Source: a virus (lineage: Duplodnaviria > Caudoviricetes). From it: 64,000 nucleotides of DNA. The translations under genes and the position numbers were made by a program. Under the pieces are notes generated by a model. That model was given only the letters and a program-made list of their open reading frames with translations, was not told where the DNA came from and made no database searches. Each line of letters starts with the position of its first letter. Position 1 is the first letter of the stretch. The stretch lies in IMG/VR virus record IMGVR_UViG_3300021425_003554; one strand, written 5' to 3'. Below are positions 27,683 through 37,737 of this stretch, piece by piece.

Positions 27683-28387
27683 ATGAAAATACCAACAGAA
27701 ACATTCAAAAGCAAAGGTATAGAATATATTCAACGTTTTGAATATAACGAACTCAGTCGAGCATCTCGTAACGGTAAACGTCATTACGAAACACCCGACG
27801 GAAGACAGGTGCCATCGGTCACAACTGTACTGAGCGCCACAAAGGATATGACACACCTACACGCCTGGCGTAAAAGGATTGGTGTGGAGAAGGCACAGCA
27901 GATCACGACAGAGAGTGCCAACATAGGAACAGTGATGCACCGTAGCCTAGAGAAGCACGTGAAAGGTGAAGATCGAACTCCAGGGTCTAATCTCATACAG
28001 CAGAAGGCACATGCCATGGCCAATATAATAATTGACAATGGGTTGAACAATGTTTCGGAGGTTTGGGGATCTGAGGTTTCGCTTTATTATCCCGAGCTAT
28101 ATGCAGGTACCACAGATCTTGTGGGAGTGTACAAAGGAGCACCTGCCATAATGGATTTCAAACAAGCACGTAAATTGAAAAAGAAAGAATGGGTGGAAGA
28201 TTACTATCTTCAATTAGTGGCTTATGCAGAAGCACACAACAAACTATTTGACACTGATATAAAAACAGGACGTATTTTTATCTGCACACAAAACAACGAG
28301 TATCAAACCTTTGAAATTGACGATTATGATAAATGGTCTGACCAATGGTATCGTCGACTAGAGCAATATTATAAGTCTATCCTTTAG
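27683..28387 (+). CDS. PD-(D/E)XK exonuclease
   Basis: PSVTTVL, GTVMH..LE, SEVSLY, YAGTTDLV...IMDFKQ, Y.LQLVAYA. Confidence 0.88.
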   Translation: MKIPTETFKSKGIEYIQRFEYNELSRASRNGKRHYETPDGRQVPSVTTVLSATKDMTHLHAWRKRIGVEKAQQITTESANIGTVMHRSLEKHVKGEDRTPGSNLIQQKAHAMANIIIDNGLNNVSEVWGSEVSLYYPELYAGTTDLVGVYKGAPAIMDFKQARKLKKKEWVEDYYLQLVAYAEAHNKLFDTDIKTGRIFICTQNNEYQTFEIDDYDKWSDQWYRRLEQYYKSIL

Positions 28388-28420
28388 CATAAATACTGTA
28401 AATTTTAAGGAGAAAATACA

Positions 28421-30031
28421 GTGCCAATAGTGCAAATTTCAAGAATCCAACACCGTAGGGGTAAAGCGACCGACTTGCCACAACTTGCCGCGGGAGAACT
28501 GGGTTGGGTGATTGATGAACAAAAACTCTACATAGGTAATGGCACAGTGGCCGATGGTGCACCGGCTGTGGGCAACACAGAAATCATCACAGAAAATTCC
28601 ACAGGATTTGCTTCTGCTTTACAATATATCTACAAGGGTTATAGACAAGATGACACAATATTAACTGGTGCAAATGTCAATTCTCCAACAACAAGATCTC
28701 TACAGGCAAGACTCGACGATATTGTTTCTATAAAAAGTTTTGGAGCAATAGGAAACGGTAATGATTCAATTGCTACCACCAACACACAGGCTATTCAAAG
28801 AGCCCTAGACGAAATTTACTCCGACATAGTGGATCAAGGTGATGCTCAAAGCAGAAGAATAATTCTTTTTCCTGCAGGCATTTACAAAATAAATTCAACA
28901 TTAAAGATTCCACCTTATGCCCAATTGGTGGGAGAAGGTAACGGCAAGACAATTATTCATAACATAGGTACAGGTTCAATAGCACAAACAGTCGATCAAG
29001 ATGGCGTAGGATTTGGAAGCATGACTGGATCAGCAACAACACCTAAAAATATTTCCGTAGAAGGAATCACTTTTAAAACAGGTACATCTTATGGTGGGAT
29101 ATCTATAGACTGTGCAGAAAATGTTTCGTTTTATGATTGTGGATTTGAAGGTGCATACACTTTAGGTGCTGGTGATGTTGTTCCTTCGATAGATTCTTCT
29201 GTCGGCAAAGGGATCACGATTAGATCCACAACCGCACTGACTTCATCAAACATAACATTTGACAAATGTACTTTCACAAAATTTGCTAGATTGGTACAAT
29301 TGGATCATGATGTTGTATCTGTGAAATTTATCAATTCAGATTTTACACTGGCTAGGTTTGGAGCGGTAATAGGTACGCTGGGAGATGGATCGTCGTCAGG
29401 ACAAACAACTGGTCCAAAAAATATTCAGTTTTTATCTAATCAATTTAAACAAATTCATGAGAGTGCTGTAAAAGTTTCTAACTCCCCAGGAGAAGTTAAA
29501 AATGTGGTAACTTTCAATAACTTTTTTGATCGAACAGTTGGTTTGGCCAATTCCGGAGGTGTTGATAACATAACGACATACCCGATCGTGCAGTTTGACG
29601 CAGATGAATGTTCTTCTGTACTTGACTATTTTGACATCAGCGGTAGAAGAAGTAACACACTGGTTCCTCTAGATGAAGTGCAAGGAATTTGCAATGTGAC
29701 CAGTCCTGTTAGAGTTGCAACTCTGCAAAACAATCAGTCATTGGCATCAACAGGAATAATGATCCCGGCGGCCGAAAACAAAAAGATCACAATTGAATAC
29801 AAAATTGAAAGAGGTTCTAATCATAGAGTTGGAAAATTAATCATCAACGCATATACCACTGGCGTTTCCTACAGTGACGAATTTGAAGAAAACAGTGATG
29901 TGCAGGTTGATTTGATACCTTCGTGGGATGATCTAGATTCTTCAGGATCAAGCGATTCTGTGGTAATTAGATATAACACCGACAACAGTGTTGCCGGCAC
30001 ATTAAACTATCAAGTCACAGTTGGTGTTTAA
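28421..30031 (+). CDS. virion baseplate/tail-associated protein with pectate-lyase-like beta-helix
   Basis: QISRIQHRRG...LAAGELGW N-terminus; VSIKSFGA.GNG, FPAGIYKI; GTG start with SD. Confidence 0.7.
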   Translation: MPIVQISRIQHRRGKATDLPQLAAGELGWVIDEQKLYIGNGTVADGAPAVGNTEIITENSTGFASALQYIYKGYRQDDTILTGANVNSPTTRSLQARLDDIVSIKSFGAIGNGNDSIATTNTQAIQRALDEIYSDIVDQGDAQSRRIILFPAGIYKINSTLKIPPYAQLVGEGNGKTIIHNIGTGSIAQTVDQDGVGFGSMTGSATTPKNISVEGITFKTGTSYGGISIDCAENVSFYDCGFEGAYTLGAGDVVPSIDSSVGKGITIRSTTALTSSNITFDKCTFTKFARLVQLDHDVVSVKFINSDFTLARFGAVIGTLGDGSSSGQTTGPKNIQFLSNQFKQIHESAVKVSNSPGEVKNVVTFNNFFDRTVGLANSGGVDNITTYPIVQFDADECSSVLDYFDISGRRSNTLVPLDEVQGICNVTSPVRVATLQNNQSLASTGIMIPAAENKKITIEYKIERGSNHRVGKLIINAYTTGVSYSDEFEENSDVQVDLIPSWDDLDSSGSSDSVVIRYNTDNSVAGTLNYQVTVGV

Positions 30032-30156
30032 TTATTTTTTTCCAAAATAATATAATAATATCACAAGTTGTGTGTGTGATTTACACATTTTGTCATAGAC
30101 TTGTCATTATTTTTTTATTATAATAGTCTATAATAAACAAAAATAAAAATAAAATT

Positions 30157-32589
30157 ATGACAGCAAACATTTCAGTACAAGAACAAAAAACTCTGATAAA
30201 TACCCATACAAAAAAAACAAAATCCAATTTGAATAATACTGTAATGACCAATACTAATACCTCCGCCATCAATGTTGCAAAAAGAGATGGCAGGTTGGAG
30301 CCATTGGACATCAATAAAATTCATTTTGTTGTTGAAGAAGCCTGTGAAGATTTGTCTGGGGTATCAGCATCACAGATAGAAATCAATGCCAACTTGCAAT
30401 TTTATGACGGAATGTCGACAAAGGACATTCAAAATGTTCTTGTGCGTTCGGCCAATGACCTGACCACTCTGGAAAATCCCAATTATCAATATGCCGCGGC
30501 AAGGTTACTGCTTTATGATGTGAGAAAAGAAGCACACGGTCAATATGAATATATGCCACTCTTGAAATTAATTTTGAGAAATATCAGATTGGGTGTGTAT
30601 GACAAAGGCATCGTTGAAAAATACAATAAAACCGAATTAAAAAAATTTAACACTTGGATAAGAAGAGACAGAGATCTAAATTTTGCCTATGCTGGTTTAA
30701 GACAAGTAGTAGATAAGTATCTTGTACAAGACAGATCGTCGGGCGAGTTGTACGAAACTCCACAAGATATGTACATGATGATCTCAGCAACACTGTTTGC
30801 CGATTATCCAAAAAACAAAAGGATGAGCTATGTTAAAAAATATTATGACGCAATTTCTCAATTCAAAATTAATATCCCAACTCCGGTCATGGCCGGTGTA
30901 CGTACGCCTATCAGACAGTTTGCAAGTTGTGTTCTCGTTGACAGCGACGACACTCTTCCTAGCATTTTTAGTACTGACATGGCTATTGGTCTTTACGTGG
31001 CTCGTCGTGCAGGAATTGGTATTAATGCTGGTAGAATTCGTGGTATCAATTCTAAGATACGTGGTGGTGAAGTTCAACACACTGGTGTCGTCCCGTTCCT
31101 CAAAAAATTCGAAAGCACAGTAAGGTGTTGCACACAGAACGGTGTGCGAGGTGGTTCAGCAACTGTACACTTCCCAATATGGCACCAAGAAATCGAAGAC
31201 ATATTAGTTCTGAAAAACAACAAAGGCACAGAAGACAACAGGGTTAGAAAATTAGATTATTCAATCCAGTTATCTAAACTGTTTTACGAAAGATTCATTA
31301 ACGACGAAGAAATAACTTTGTTCTCTCCACACGAAGTTCCGGGACTGTATGATGCGTTCGGCACAGACAAGTTTGATGATTTATATGTAAAATATGAAAA
31401 AGATAAAAATGTTCCTAAAAAAACTATTTCAGCACAAGAACTATTTTTTGATCTATTGAAAGAAAGAGCAGAGACAGGACGTATCTACATAATGAACATA
31501 GATCATTGTAATTCACATTCGTCCTTCAAAGATAAAGTTAGTATGTCAAACCTTTGCCAAGAAATAACATTGCCAACAACACCCATACAACACATCGACG
31601 ACGACAAAGGTGAGATTGCTTTATGTATTCTTTCTGCAATCAATGTGGGTGCCCTCAATAATTTAGAAGAGTTAGAAAACTTATGTGACCTGGCTGTGAG
31701 AGCCTTGGAAGAAATTATAGAATATCAAGAGTATCCTGTCAAAGCGGCAGAGACCAGCACAAAGAAAAGAAGAAGTTTGGGTGTTGGCTATATTGGGTTG
31801 GCACATTATCTAGCCAAACTAGGTTTTAATTATTCACAACCAGAAGCATGGGACTCAGTGGATAGACTATCTGAAGCATTTCAATTCAATCTACTTAAAG
31901 CATCCAACAAACTGGCAGAAGAACGTGGTGCCTGCGAAGGTTTCTCTCAAACAAAATATGCAGACGGAATACTGCCTATAGACACATACAAAAAAGATAT
32001 AGATAAAATTGTGCCACACAAACAAAGATATGCGTGGGAGTCACTGAGAAAAGACATTATAAAATACGGACTAAGACATTCAACATTGTCAGCACAGATG
32101 CCATCGGAAAGTTCTTCAGTTGTTAGCAACGAAACCAACGGCATTGAACCACCGAGAGCATTGTTATCCATTAAGAAAAGCAAGAAAGGTCCACTCAAAC
32201 AGATTGTGCCAGGATTTCCTAAATTGAAAAATGCCTACACTCTGTTGTGGGATATGCCATCAAATGAAGGTTACATCAATGTTGTGGCAATGATGCAGAA
32301 ATATTTTGACCAAGCCATATCGGGCAACTGGAGTTACAATCCACTCAACTATGAAAATAACGAAGTACCGTTGTCAGTAATGGCTTCGGATTTATTAAAT
32401 TCATACAAATACGGTTGGAAAACTTCTTACTATCAAAACACTTATGATTTCAAAGGTGACGAAGAAGATGTACAACCATCGGGTATAGAAACCACAGAGA
32501 CCGCAGAAGGCGAAGACGTACAACTAACCGATCTTGGAGTAAATGAGAACAGTGAGGACGAAGAAGCCTGTGACGCCTGTGCAATATAA
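30157..32589 (+). CDS. nrdA: class Ia ribonucleotide reductase alpha subunit with ATP cone
   Basis: VAKRDG ATP cone, PTPVMAG, FASC, SNLCQEI, MPSESSS, C-terminal CDAC; true start may be 30244. Confidence 0.97.
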   Translation: MTANISVQEQKTLINTHTKKTKSNLNNTVMTNTNTSAINVAKRDGRLEPLDINKIHFVVEEACEDLSGVSASQIEINANLQFYDGMSTKDIQNVLVRSANDLTTLENPNYQYAAARLLLYDVRKEAHGQYEYMPLLKLILRNIRLGVYDKGIVEKYNKTELKKFNTWIRRDRDLNFAYAGLRQVVDKYLVQDRSSGELYETPQDMYMMISATLFADYPKNKRMSYVKKYYDAISQFKINIPTPVMAGVRTPIRQFASCVLVDSDDTLPSIFSTDMAIGLYVARRAGIGINAGRIRGINSKIRGGEVQHTGVVPFLKKFESTVRCCTQNGVRGGSATVHFPIWHQEIEDILVLKNNKGTEDNRVRKLDYSIQLSKLFYERFINDEEITLFSPHEVPGLYDAFGTDKFDDLYVKYEKDKNVPKKTISAQELFFDLLKERAETGRIYIMNIDHCNSHSSFKDKVSMSNLCQEITLPTTPIQHIDDDKGEIALCILSAINVGALNNLEELENLCDLAVRALEEIIEYQEYPVKAAETSTKKRRSLGVGYIGLAHYLAKLGFNYSQPEAWDSVDRLSEAFQFNLLKASNKLAEERGACEGFSQTKYADGILPIDTYKKDIDKIVPHKQRYAWESLRKDIIKYGLRHSTLSAQMPSESSSVVSNETNGIEPPRALLSIKKSKKGPLKQIVPGFPKLKNAYTLLWDMPSNEGYINVVAMMQKYFDQAISGNWSYNPLNYENNEVPLSVMASDLLNSYKYGWKTSYYQNTYDFKGDEEDVQPSGIETTETAEGEDVQLTDLGVNENSEDEEACDACAI

Positions 32590-32597
32590 ATAACCCA

Positions 32598-33698
32598 ATG
32601 ACGAAGACAGTATTCAATAAACAAAAAATAGATTTCACAAAACAACCCATGTTCTTTGGTGAGGACGGTGGCGTACAGAGGTACGACGATTTCAAATATC
32701 CACAGTTTGATAAACTGAACCAAACCATGATTGGTTACTTCTGGAGACCAGAAGAAGTTTCATTACAAAAAGACAGAGCAGACTATCAAGGATTCAGGCC
32801 AGAACAAAAACACATATTCACCAGCAATCTAAAATATCAAACACTGTTGGATTCAGTGCAGGGCAGAGGACCAAGTCTTATGTTCCTACCATATGTTTCT
32901 AATCCGGAACTGGAAGGCTGTATTGTGACTTGGGATTTCTTCGAAACCATACACTCAAGATCATACACACACATCATGAAGAATGTGTATTCGGATCCAT
33001 CAGAAGTGTTTGACACAATATTAGATGACAAGGAAATATTAAAAAGAGCAGAAAGTGTAACAGGCGAGTATGACAAGTTCGGAGCAATGGCCATGGATTA
33101 TGCTGTGGGCAAAAAAGTGGACATGATTGAACTTAAGAAACAACTATATCTGGCAATGATGACCGTGAACTTGCTGGAGGGTTTGAGATTTTATATTTCA
33201 TTTGCTTGTACCTTTGCATTTGGTGAATTGAAATTGATGGAGGGATCGGCCAAGATCCTCTCACTGATCGCTAGAGACGAAGCCACACACTTGAACCTTT
33301 CAACACATGTGATCAAAGCATGGCAAAAAGGTGATGATCCTGAAATGACCAAAGCAATGAAAGGCACAGAAAAAACTGTGCTCCAGATGTTCAAAGACTG
33401 TGTGGAAGAAGAAAAAGCCTGGGCGAAATATCTATTCAGAGACGGGTCGATTATTGGATTGAACGAAAGATTATTAGGATCTTATGTTGAGTGGACAGCA
33501 AACAAGCGATTGAGAGCATTGGGCTTTGATCCAATTTACGATATATCAGCATCACAAAATCCTTTACCTTGGACACAGCATTGGTTGTCATCAAAAGGTA
33601 TGCAGGTGGCTCCACAGGAGACAGAAGTAGAGTCTTACATTGTGGGTGGCATCAAGCAAGACGTCAAGAAAGACTCATTCAAAAAGTTTTCATTATAA
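32598..33698 (+). CDS. nrdB: class Ia ribonucleotide reductase beta subunit
   Basis: FWRPEEV, LDSVQGR, ETIHSRSY, LEGLRFY.SF, RDEATH, VAPQETEVESY. Confidence 0.97.
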   Translation: MTKTVFNKQKIDFTKQPMFFGEDGGVQRYDDFKYPQFDKLNQTMIGYFWRPEEVSLQKDRADYQGFRPEQKHIFTSNLKYQTLLDSVQGRGPSLMFLPYVSNPELEGCIVTWDFFETIHSRSYTHIMKNVYSDPSEVFDTILDDKEILKRAESVTGEYDKFGAMAMDYAVGKKVDMIELKKQLYLAMMTVNLLEGLRFYISFACTFAFGELKLMEGSAKILSLIARDEATHLNLSTHVIKAWQKGDDPEMTKAMKGTEKTVLQMFKDCVEEEKAWAKYLFRDGSIIGLNERLLGSYVEWTANKRLRALGFDPIYDISASQNPLPWTQHWLSSKGMQVAPQETEVESYIVGGIKQDVKKDSFKKFSL

Positions 33699-33740
33699 AT
33701 CAATATTGACTTTTAAATTATTTCGTGTTACCATAAGAAC

Positions 33741-34142
33741 ATGATACTAGAAAAAATAAAAGAATTTGGTAATGATCTAAAAATGTTAGAAGGTCACGAT
33801 CGTCTACAATATCTTGTTGACAAAGCAAAAGAAGTAGAGCCGTTACCAGACGCCGTTAAAACAGAAGAAAACAGAATACACGGTTGTGCCAGTAAGTTGT
33901 GGATAGTAGGCGGTGCAGATGCAGAAAATAAAATGCAATACAGAGTTGATGGTGATGCCTTTATTACTAAAGGAACTGCTAAAGTTGTCACGGACATAGT
34001 AAACGGAGCTCATCGTAGCGAAGTTGCAAACTTGACAGTAGAAAATTTTACAGAACTAGGAATCAAAGAATTGTTAACACTTCAAAGACAAAACGGATTG
34101 GGCGAATTAATTTTAAGAATTATAAGGATCGCCAATGCATAG
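33741..34142 (+). CDS. sufE: SufE family Fe-S sulfur acceptor
   Basis: ENRIHGCASKLW, DGDAFITKG, L..QRQNGL. Confidence 0.9.
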   Translation: MILEKIKEFGNDLKMLEGHDRLQYLVDKAKEVEPLPDAVKTEENRIHGCASKLWIVGGADAENKMQYRVDGDAFITKGTAKVVTDIVNGAHRSEVANLTVENFTELGIKELLTLQRQNGLGELILRIIRIANA

Positions 34143-34533
34143 CACACCCCCAGGCTGGATCCCTCAAGACAATGCATCAGTGGATCCTAGCCTACACGCA
34201 ACACTTGAAGATATAAAAGAAGACACAGAAGTTCATCAAGAATTTATAGATATAGTAAAAGAAAAATTAAAAACTGTGTATGATCCAGAGATAACTGTGG
34301 ATATCTACACACTGGGATTGATCTACGATGTAAAAATTACCAGTGACAGATATGTGTTTGTGTTAATGAGTCTGACCTCGGCATTCTGTCCTGCCGCTGA
34401 TTCCATGCCCAGAGAGATACAACAAAAGATTGAGAGCATACCCGGATTGAGATGCAAAGTGAGGATCACAATGACTCCACAATGGAGCAGAGAAATGATA
34501 GAACCCGGAATGAGAGATCTTTTAGGTCTATGA
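34135..34533 (+). CDS. sufT: DUF59/SufT Fe-S assembly protein
   Basis: LKTVYDPEI.VDIYTLGLIY, MSLTSAFCPAA, P.WS.EM. Confidence 0.88.
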   Translation: MHSTPPGWIPQDNASVDPSLHATLEDIKEDTEVHQEFIDIVKEKLKTVYDPEITVDIYTLGLIYDVKITSDRYVFVLMSLTSAFCPAADSMPREIQQKIESIPGLRCKVRITMTPQWSREMIEPGMRDLLGL

Positions 34534-34703
34534 AGTTTGCAAAATTAGATCAGATAAAACAATTACGTGAGTCAGGACCTCGCAAGAAAGACAAGGAGTT
34601 CTGGGAAATAGGTCGCAAGGACATCAACAGTTCTAACTACAACATATGGTTGTGCTGGATTGATACAGTGATACAATGGTTGGAAAAAAGAAAACAATCT
34701 TAA
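34530..34703 (+). CDS. small hypothetical protein
   Basis: ATG overlapping the sufT stop. Confidence 0.5.
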   Translation: MKFAKLDQIKQLRESGPRKKDKEFWEIGRKDINSSNYNIWLCWIDTVIQWLEKRKQS

Positions 34704-34752
34704 CAAAAGTTTAATATATCTGTAACAAAACTTTAAGGTTTCTGTGTTTAAA
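34698..34752 (+). promoter_or_regulatory. putative Pho-box array
   Basis: five 11-bp phased units including CTGTAAC-AAAA upstream of pstS. Confidence 0.45.
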
Positions 34753-34807
34753 TAATAGCGTTTTATAACCAATGAAAACATTAAAACAAATCAAACAAAG
34801 GAAATAA

Positions 34808-35764
34808 ATGAAAAAACTAATACAAATTCTTTGTGCGGTAGTTTTATTTTCATCACTGGCCCAAGCGGCAGAACAATCAATCAAAGTTGTTGGCTCGTCA
34901 ACAGTTTACCCTTTCACCACTGTGGTGGCAGAGAGATTCGGTAAGGACAGCAAACACGGAACTCCGATTGTTGAGTCGACTGGCACAGGTGGTGGAATGA
35001 AATTATTCTGTGCAGGGATAGGACCAAACTCTCCCTCTGTAACAAACGCCTCGAGGGCTATCAAAGACCAAGAGATCGAATTGTGTAAGAAGAACGGAGT
35101 ATCATTCGTAGAATTCAAAGTGGGTAATGATGGTATCGCTTTCGCTAATTCTGTGAAAGGACCAAAAGTGAACTTAACCAAAGAGCAACTGTGGCAGGCC
35201 ATGGCGGACCTAGGGACGAGACCCAAGTTGTGGTCAGACATAGACCCCAGCCTACCAAGTTATGAGATCAAGATCATGACACCTCCCGCGACGAGCGGAA
35301 CCAGAGACGCATGGGTCGATCTCGTGATGAACAAAGGTTGTCCGAAAGAGATCAAGGACAAGGACAAGGAATCCTGTAGCATCCTGAGGGAGGACGGTGC
35401 GGTGATCGAGGTGGGTGAGAATGACACACTGTTGATCAACAAACTGACCGCGGACAGAGAGATGTTCGCCATCTTTGGATTCTCATACCTGGACTCCAGC
35501 AGGGACAAGATCCAAGCGGCACAGATCGAGGGCAAGACCATCAGCCTAGAATCAATCCAGAGCTATGAGTATCCGATCGCGAGACCACTGTTCGTGTACT
35601 TCAAGAAAGAGCACTTCGACCTAGTGCCCGGCCTGGAGGGGTTCATGAAGGCCTACATCAGCACCAAAGCGATGGGCAAGAGGGGTTACCTCTCAAACCT
35701 TGGACTGGTGCCACTGGACGAGGCAACCTTCGAGGAGATGGTAAAGAGAACCAAACTCAAATAG
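34808..35764 (+). CDS. pstS: phosphate ABC transporter substrate-binding protein
   Basis: signal peptide; VVGSSTVYPF, VESTGTGGG, NASRAIK, TSGTRD, YPIARPLFVY. Confidence 0.95.
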   Translation: MKKLIQILCAVVLFSSLAQAAEQSIKVVGSSTVYPFTTVVAERFGKDSKHGTPIVESTGTGGGMKLFCAGIGPNSPSVTNASRAIKDQEIELCKKNGVSFVEFKVGNDGIAFANSVKGPKVNLTKEQLWQAMADLGTRPKLWSDIDPSLPSYEIKIMTPPATSGTRDAWVDLVMNKGCPKEIKDKDKESCSILREDGAVIEVGENDTLLINKLTADREMFAIFGFSYLDSSRDKIQAAQIEGKTISLESIQSYEYPIARPLFVYFKKEHFDLVPGLEGFMKAYISTKAMGKRGYLSNLGLVPLDEATFEEMVKRTKLK

Positions 35765-35802
35765 TAGACATTGTTCATAATACCCAGTATAATATACAAC
35801 AT

Positions 35803-36600
35803 ATGAAACTGGGTATTATCGGACATGGGTTTGTAGGATCAGCAGTGGATCATGGATTCACGCATAATATTGATAAATTGATAGTTGATCCAAAACACAA
35901 CAACAATTCAATACAAGATTTAATTAATTTCAAGCCAGACGCAACCTTTGTTTGTGTTCCCACTCCACAGTCGGTTACAGGGGAATGTGATGTTTCTATT
36001 CTTTTCGATGTCATGAAACAATTAAACAACTACACACAATTTGTAATATTAAAAAGCACAGTGCCATCTTACATGATAGAAAAAATAATAAAACAATTTT
36101 CAAATATAAGATTAGTATATAATCCAGAATTTCTCACTGAAAAAAATTATATAAATGATTTTTGTAATCCATCTATGCATATTTTTGGCGGAGAACATGA
36201 GAGCACAGATTGGGTTGAAAACTTATATAAGAATCATTCAATCTGTAAACCTTGTCCTGTTTTTAAAACAGATATAATAACAGCGTCCATGATCAAATAT
36301 TGTATCAATAGTTTTTTGGCAACCAAAGTTACTTTCATGAACGAGATGTATGATGTATTAAAATCTGCCGGTGGTGCTGATTGGGAAACTTTTGCAAAAA
36401 TTATCGCAACAGATCCTCGTATTGGAGCAACACATCTTAAAGTACCAGGCAATGACGGACAAAGAGGATATGCGGGATCCTGTTTTCCAAAAGATACTTC
36501 GGCTTTGGCTTACTTTGCTCGAGAAATACTAAAGACACCATTCACTCAATTGGAAAAAACAATAGATATCAATAATAATTTAAGAAGGGAAAAACAATAA
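35803..36600 (+). CDS. short UDP-glucose/GDP-mannose dehydrogenase family protein lacking the C-terminal domain
   Basis: GIIGHGFVG, FVCVPTP, KSTVP, NPEFL, KYCINSFLA, GYAGSCFPKD. Confidence 0.85.
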   Translation: MKLGIIGHGFVGSAVDHGFTHNIDKLIVDPKHNNNSIQDLINFKPDATFVCVPTPQSVTGECDVSILFDVMKQLNNYTQFVILKSTVPSYMIEKIIKQFSNIRLVYNPEFLTEKNYINDFCNPSMHIFGGEHESTDWVENLYKNHSICKPCPVFKTDIITASMIKYCINSFLATKVTFMNEMYDVLKSAGGADWETFAKIIATDPRIGATHLKVPGNDGQRGYAGSCFPKDTSALAYFAREILKTPFTQLEKTIDINNNLRREKQ

Positions 36601-37406
36601 TGAATATAGACTCAATGCTAGGCAACGATAAAAAATTATTTGCTGTGTTAGGACCTTGCCAAATAGAATCAGAGAGCCATGCATTTAGAATGTGTGAATC
36701 CATTAAAAGTATTTGTGACAAAAATAACTGGAACTTTATATATAAATCATCTTTTGATAAGGCCAATCGTACTTCTCTACAAGGTAAGAGAGGTGTGGGA
36801 CTTGAAGAAGGACTAAAGATATTTGAAAAATTAAAAAAAGAATTTGATGTGTCTGTGGTAACAGACATACACACGGCCGAGCAGTGTGGTCCTGTCGCAG
36901 AAGTTGTAGATATGTTACAGATACCTGCGTTCCTTTCCAGACAGACTGATCTGTTATTAGCGGCTGGCAGAACAAACAAATGGATCAACCTTAAGAAAGG
37001 ACAATTCATGGCACCATGGGACATCAAGCATTCGGCAGAAAAAATAGCATCCACGGGTAACAATAAAATAATGTTATGTGAACGTGGAGTGTCTTTTGGA
37101 TACAACACACTGGTCACTGATATGCGATCTTTATACGAAATGAAGAAGACAGGATACCCTGTGTGTCTAGATGCCACACACTCTTGTCAACAACCGGGAG
37201 GACAAGGAACAACATCCGGAGGAAATAGAGAACACATTCCGGTGATCGCACAGGCAGGTGTTGCCGTTGGTGTTGCTTCGATCTTCATGGAAGTTCATGA
37301 CAATCCTGATCAGGCATATTCAGATGGTCCCAATAACTTAAATTTGAAAGATCTAGAACCGTTGTTACGTAAATTACACGACATCGACTCTATCATTAAA
37401 CATTAA
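36600..37406 (+). CDS. kdsA: KDO 8-phosphate synthase
   Basis: GPCQIES, KSSFDKANRTS, QIPAFL.RQTDL, KKGQF, CERG..FGY..LV, DATHS.Q.PGG. Confidence 0.95.
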   Translation: MNIDSMLGNDKKLFAVLGPCQIESESHAFRMCESIKSICDKNNWNFIYKSSFDKANRTSLQGKRGVGLEEGLKIFEKLKKEFDVSVVTDIHTAEQCGPVAEVVDMLQIPAFLSRQTDLLLAAGRTNKWINLKKGQFMAPWDIKHSAEKIASTGNNKIMLCERGVSFGYNTLVTDMRSLYEMKKTGYPVCLDATHSCQQPGGQGTTSGGNREHIPVIAQAGVAVGVASIFMEVHDNPDQAYSDGPNNLNLKDLEPLLRKLHDIDSIIKH

Positions 37407-37439
37407 AAACGCACATATTTCACAGCCATAAATATTGGT

Positions 37440-37736
37440 ATGTCTAGACCAATTGCAAGAAAAGGTGATCGAGAAGCAACACACTGTTCAACACCTTATA
37501 GAAAAGGTGCATTTAGAAGTGTGTTTGCCAATGGTATAAGAGTGTCCGGAAACGGTCATAGGAACACAAGACATCTCTTACCGTGTAGATGTCCGCCGTG
37601 TTGTTGTCCTCATTCGGCAACCTTGAAAGCAACCACTCGATCTGTGTATGCGGAAGGTATAAGAGTTGGTAGGGTGGGTGACCCGACCTGTACTAGAGTA
37701 ATACAAGGTTCGCCCAATGTATTTGTAGGATCATAG
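37440..37736 (+). CDS. PAAR-like spike tip protein (gp5.4-like)
   Basis: IARKGD...HC, VFANG, RVGD, GSPNVFVG. Confidence 0.85.
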   Translation: MSRPIARKGDREATHCSTPYRKGAFRSVFANGIRVSGNGHRNTRHLLPCRCPPCCCPHSATLKATTRSVYAEGIRVGRVGDPTCTRVIQGSPNVFVGS

Positions 37737-37737
37737 A

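Noticed and set aside
30040-30110. Possible NrdR boxes upstream of nrdA
   Set aside because: CACAAGTTGTG and similar elements do not fit the 16-bp acaCwAtATaTwGtgt consensus in tandem.
30157-33698. Introns or inteins in nrdA/nrdB
   Set aside because: Both ORFs are continuous and of normal length; no insertion or homing endonuclease seen.
36569-37177. Long antisense ORFs (36569, 50241, 1805, 30784 and similar)
   Set aside because: They are shadows of well-supported genes on the opposite strand and have no motifs or translation signals.
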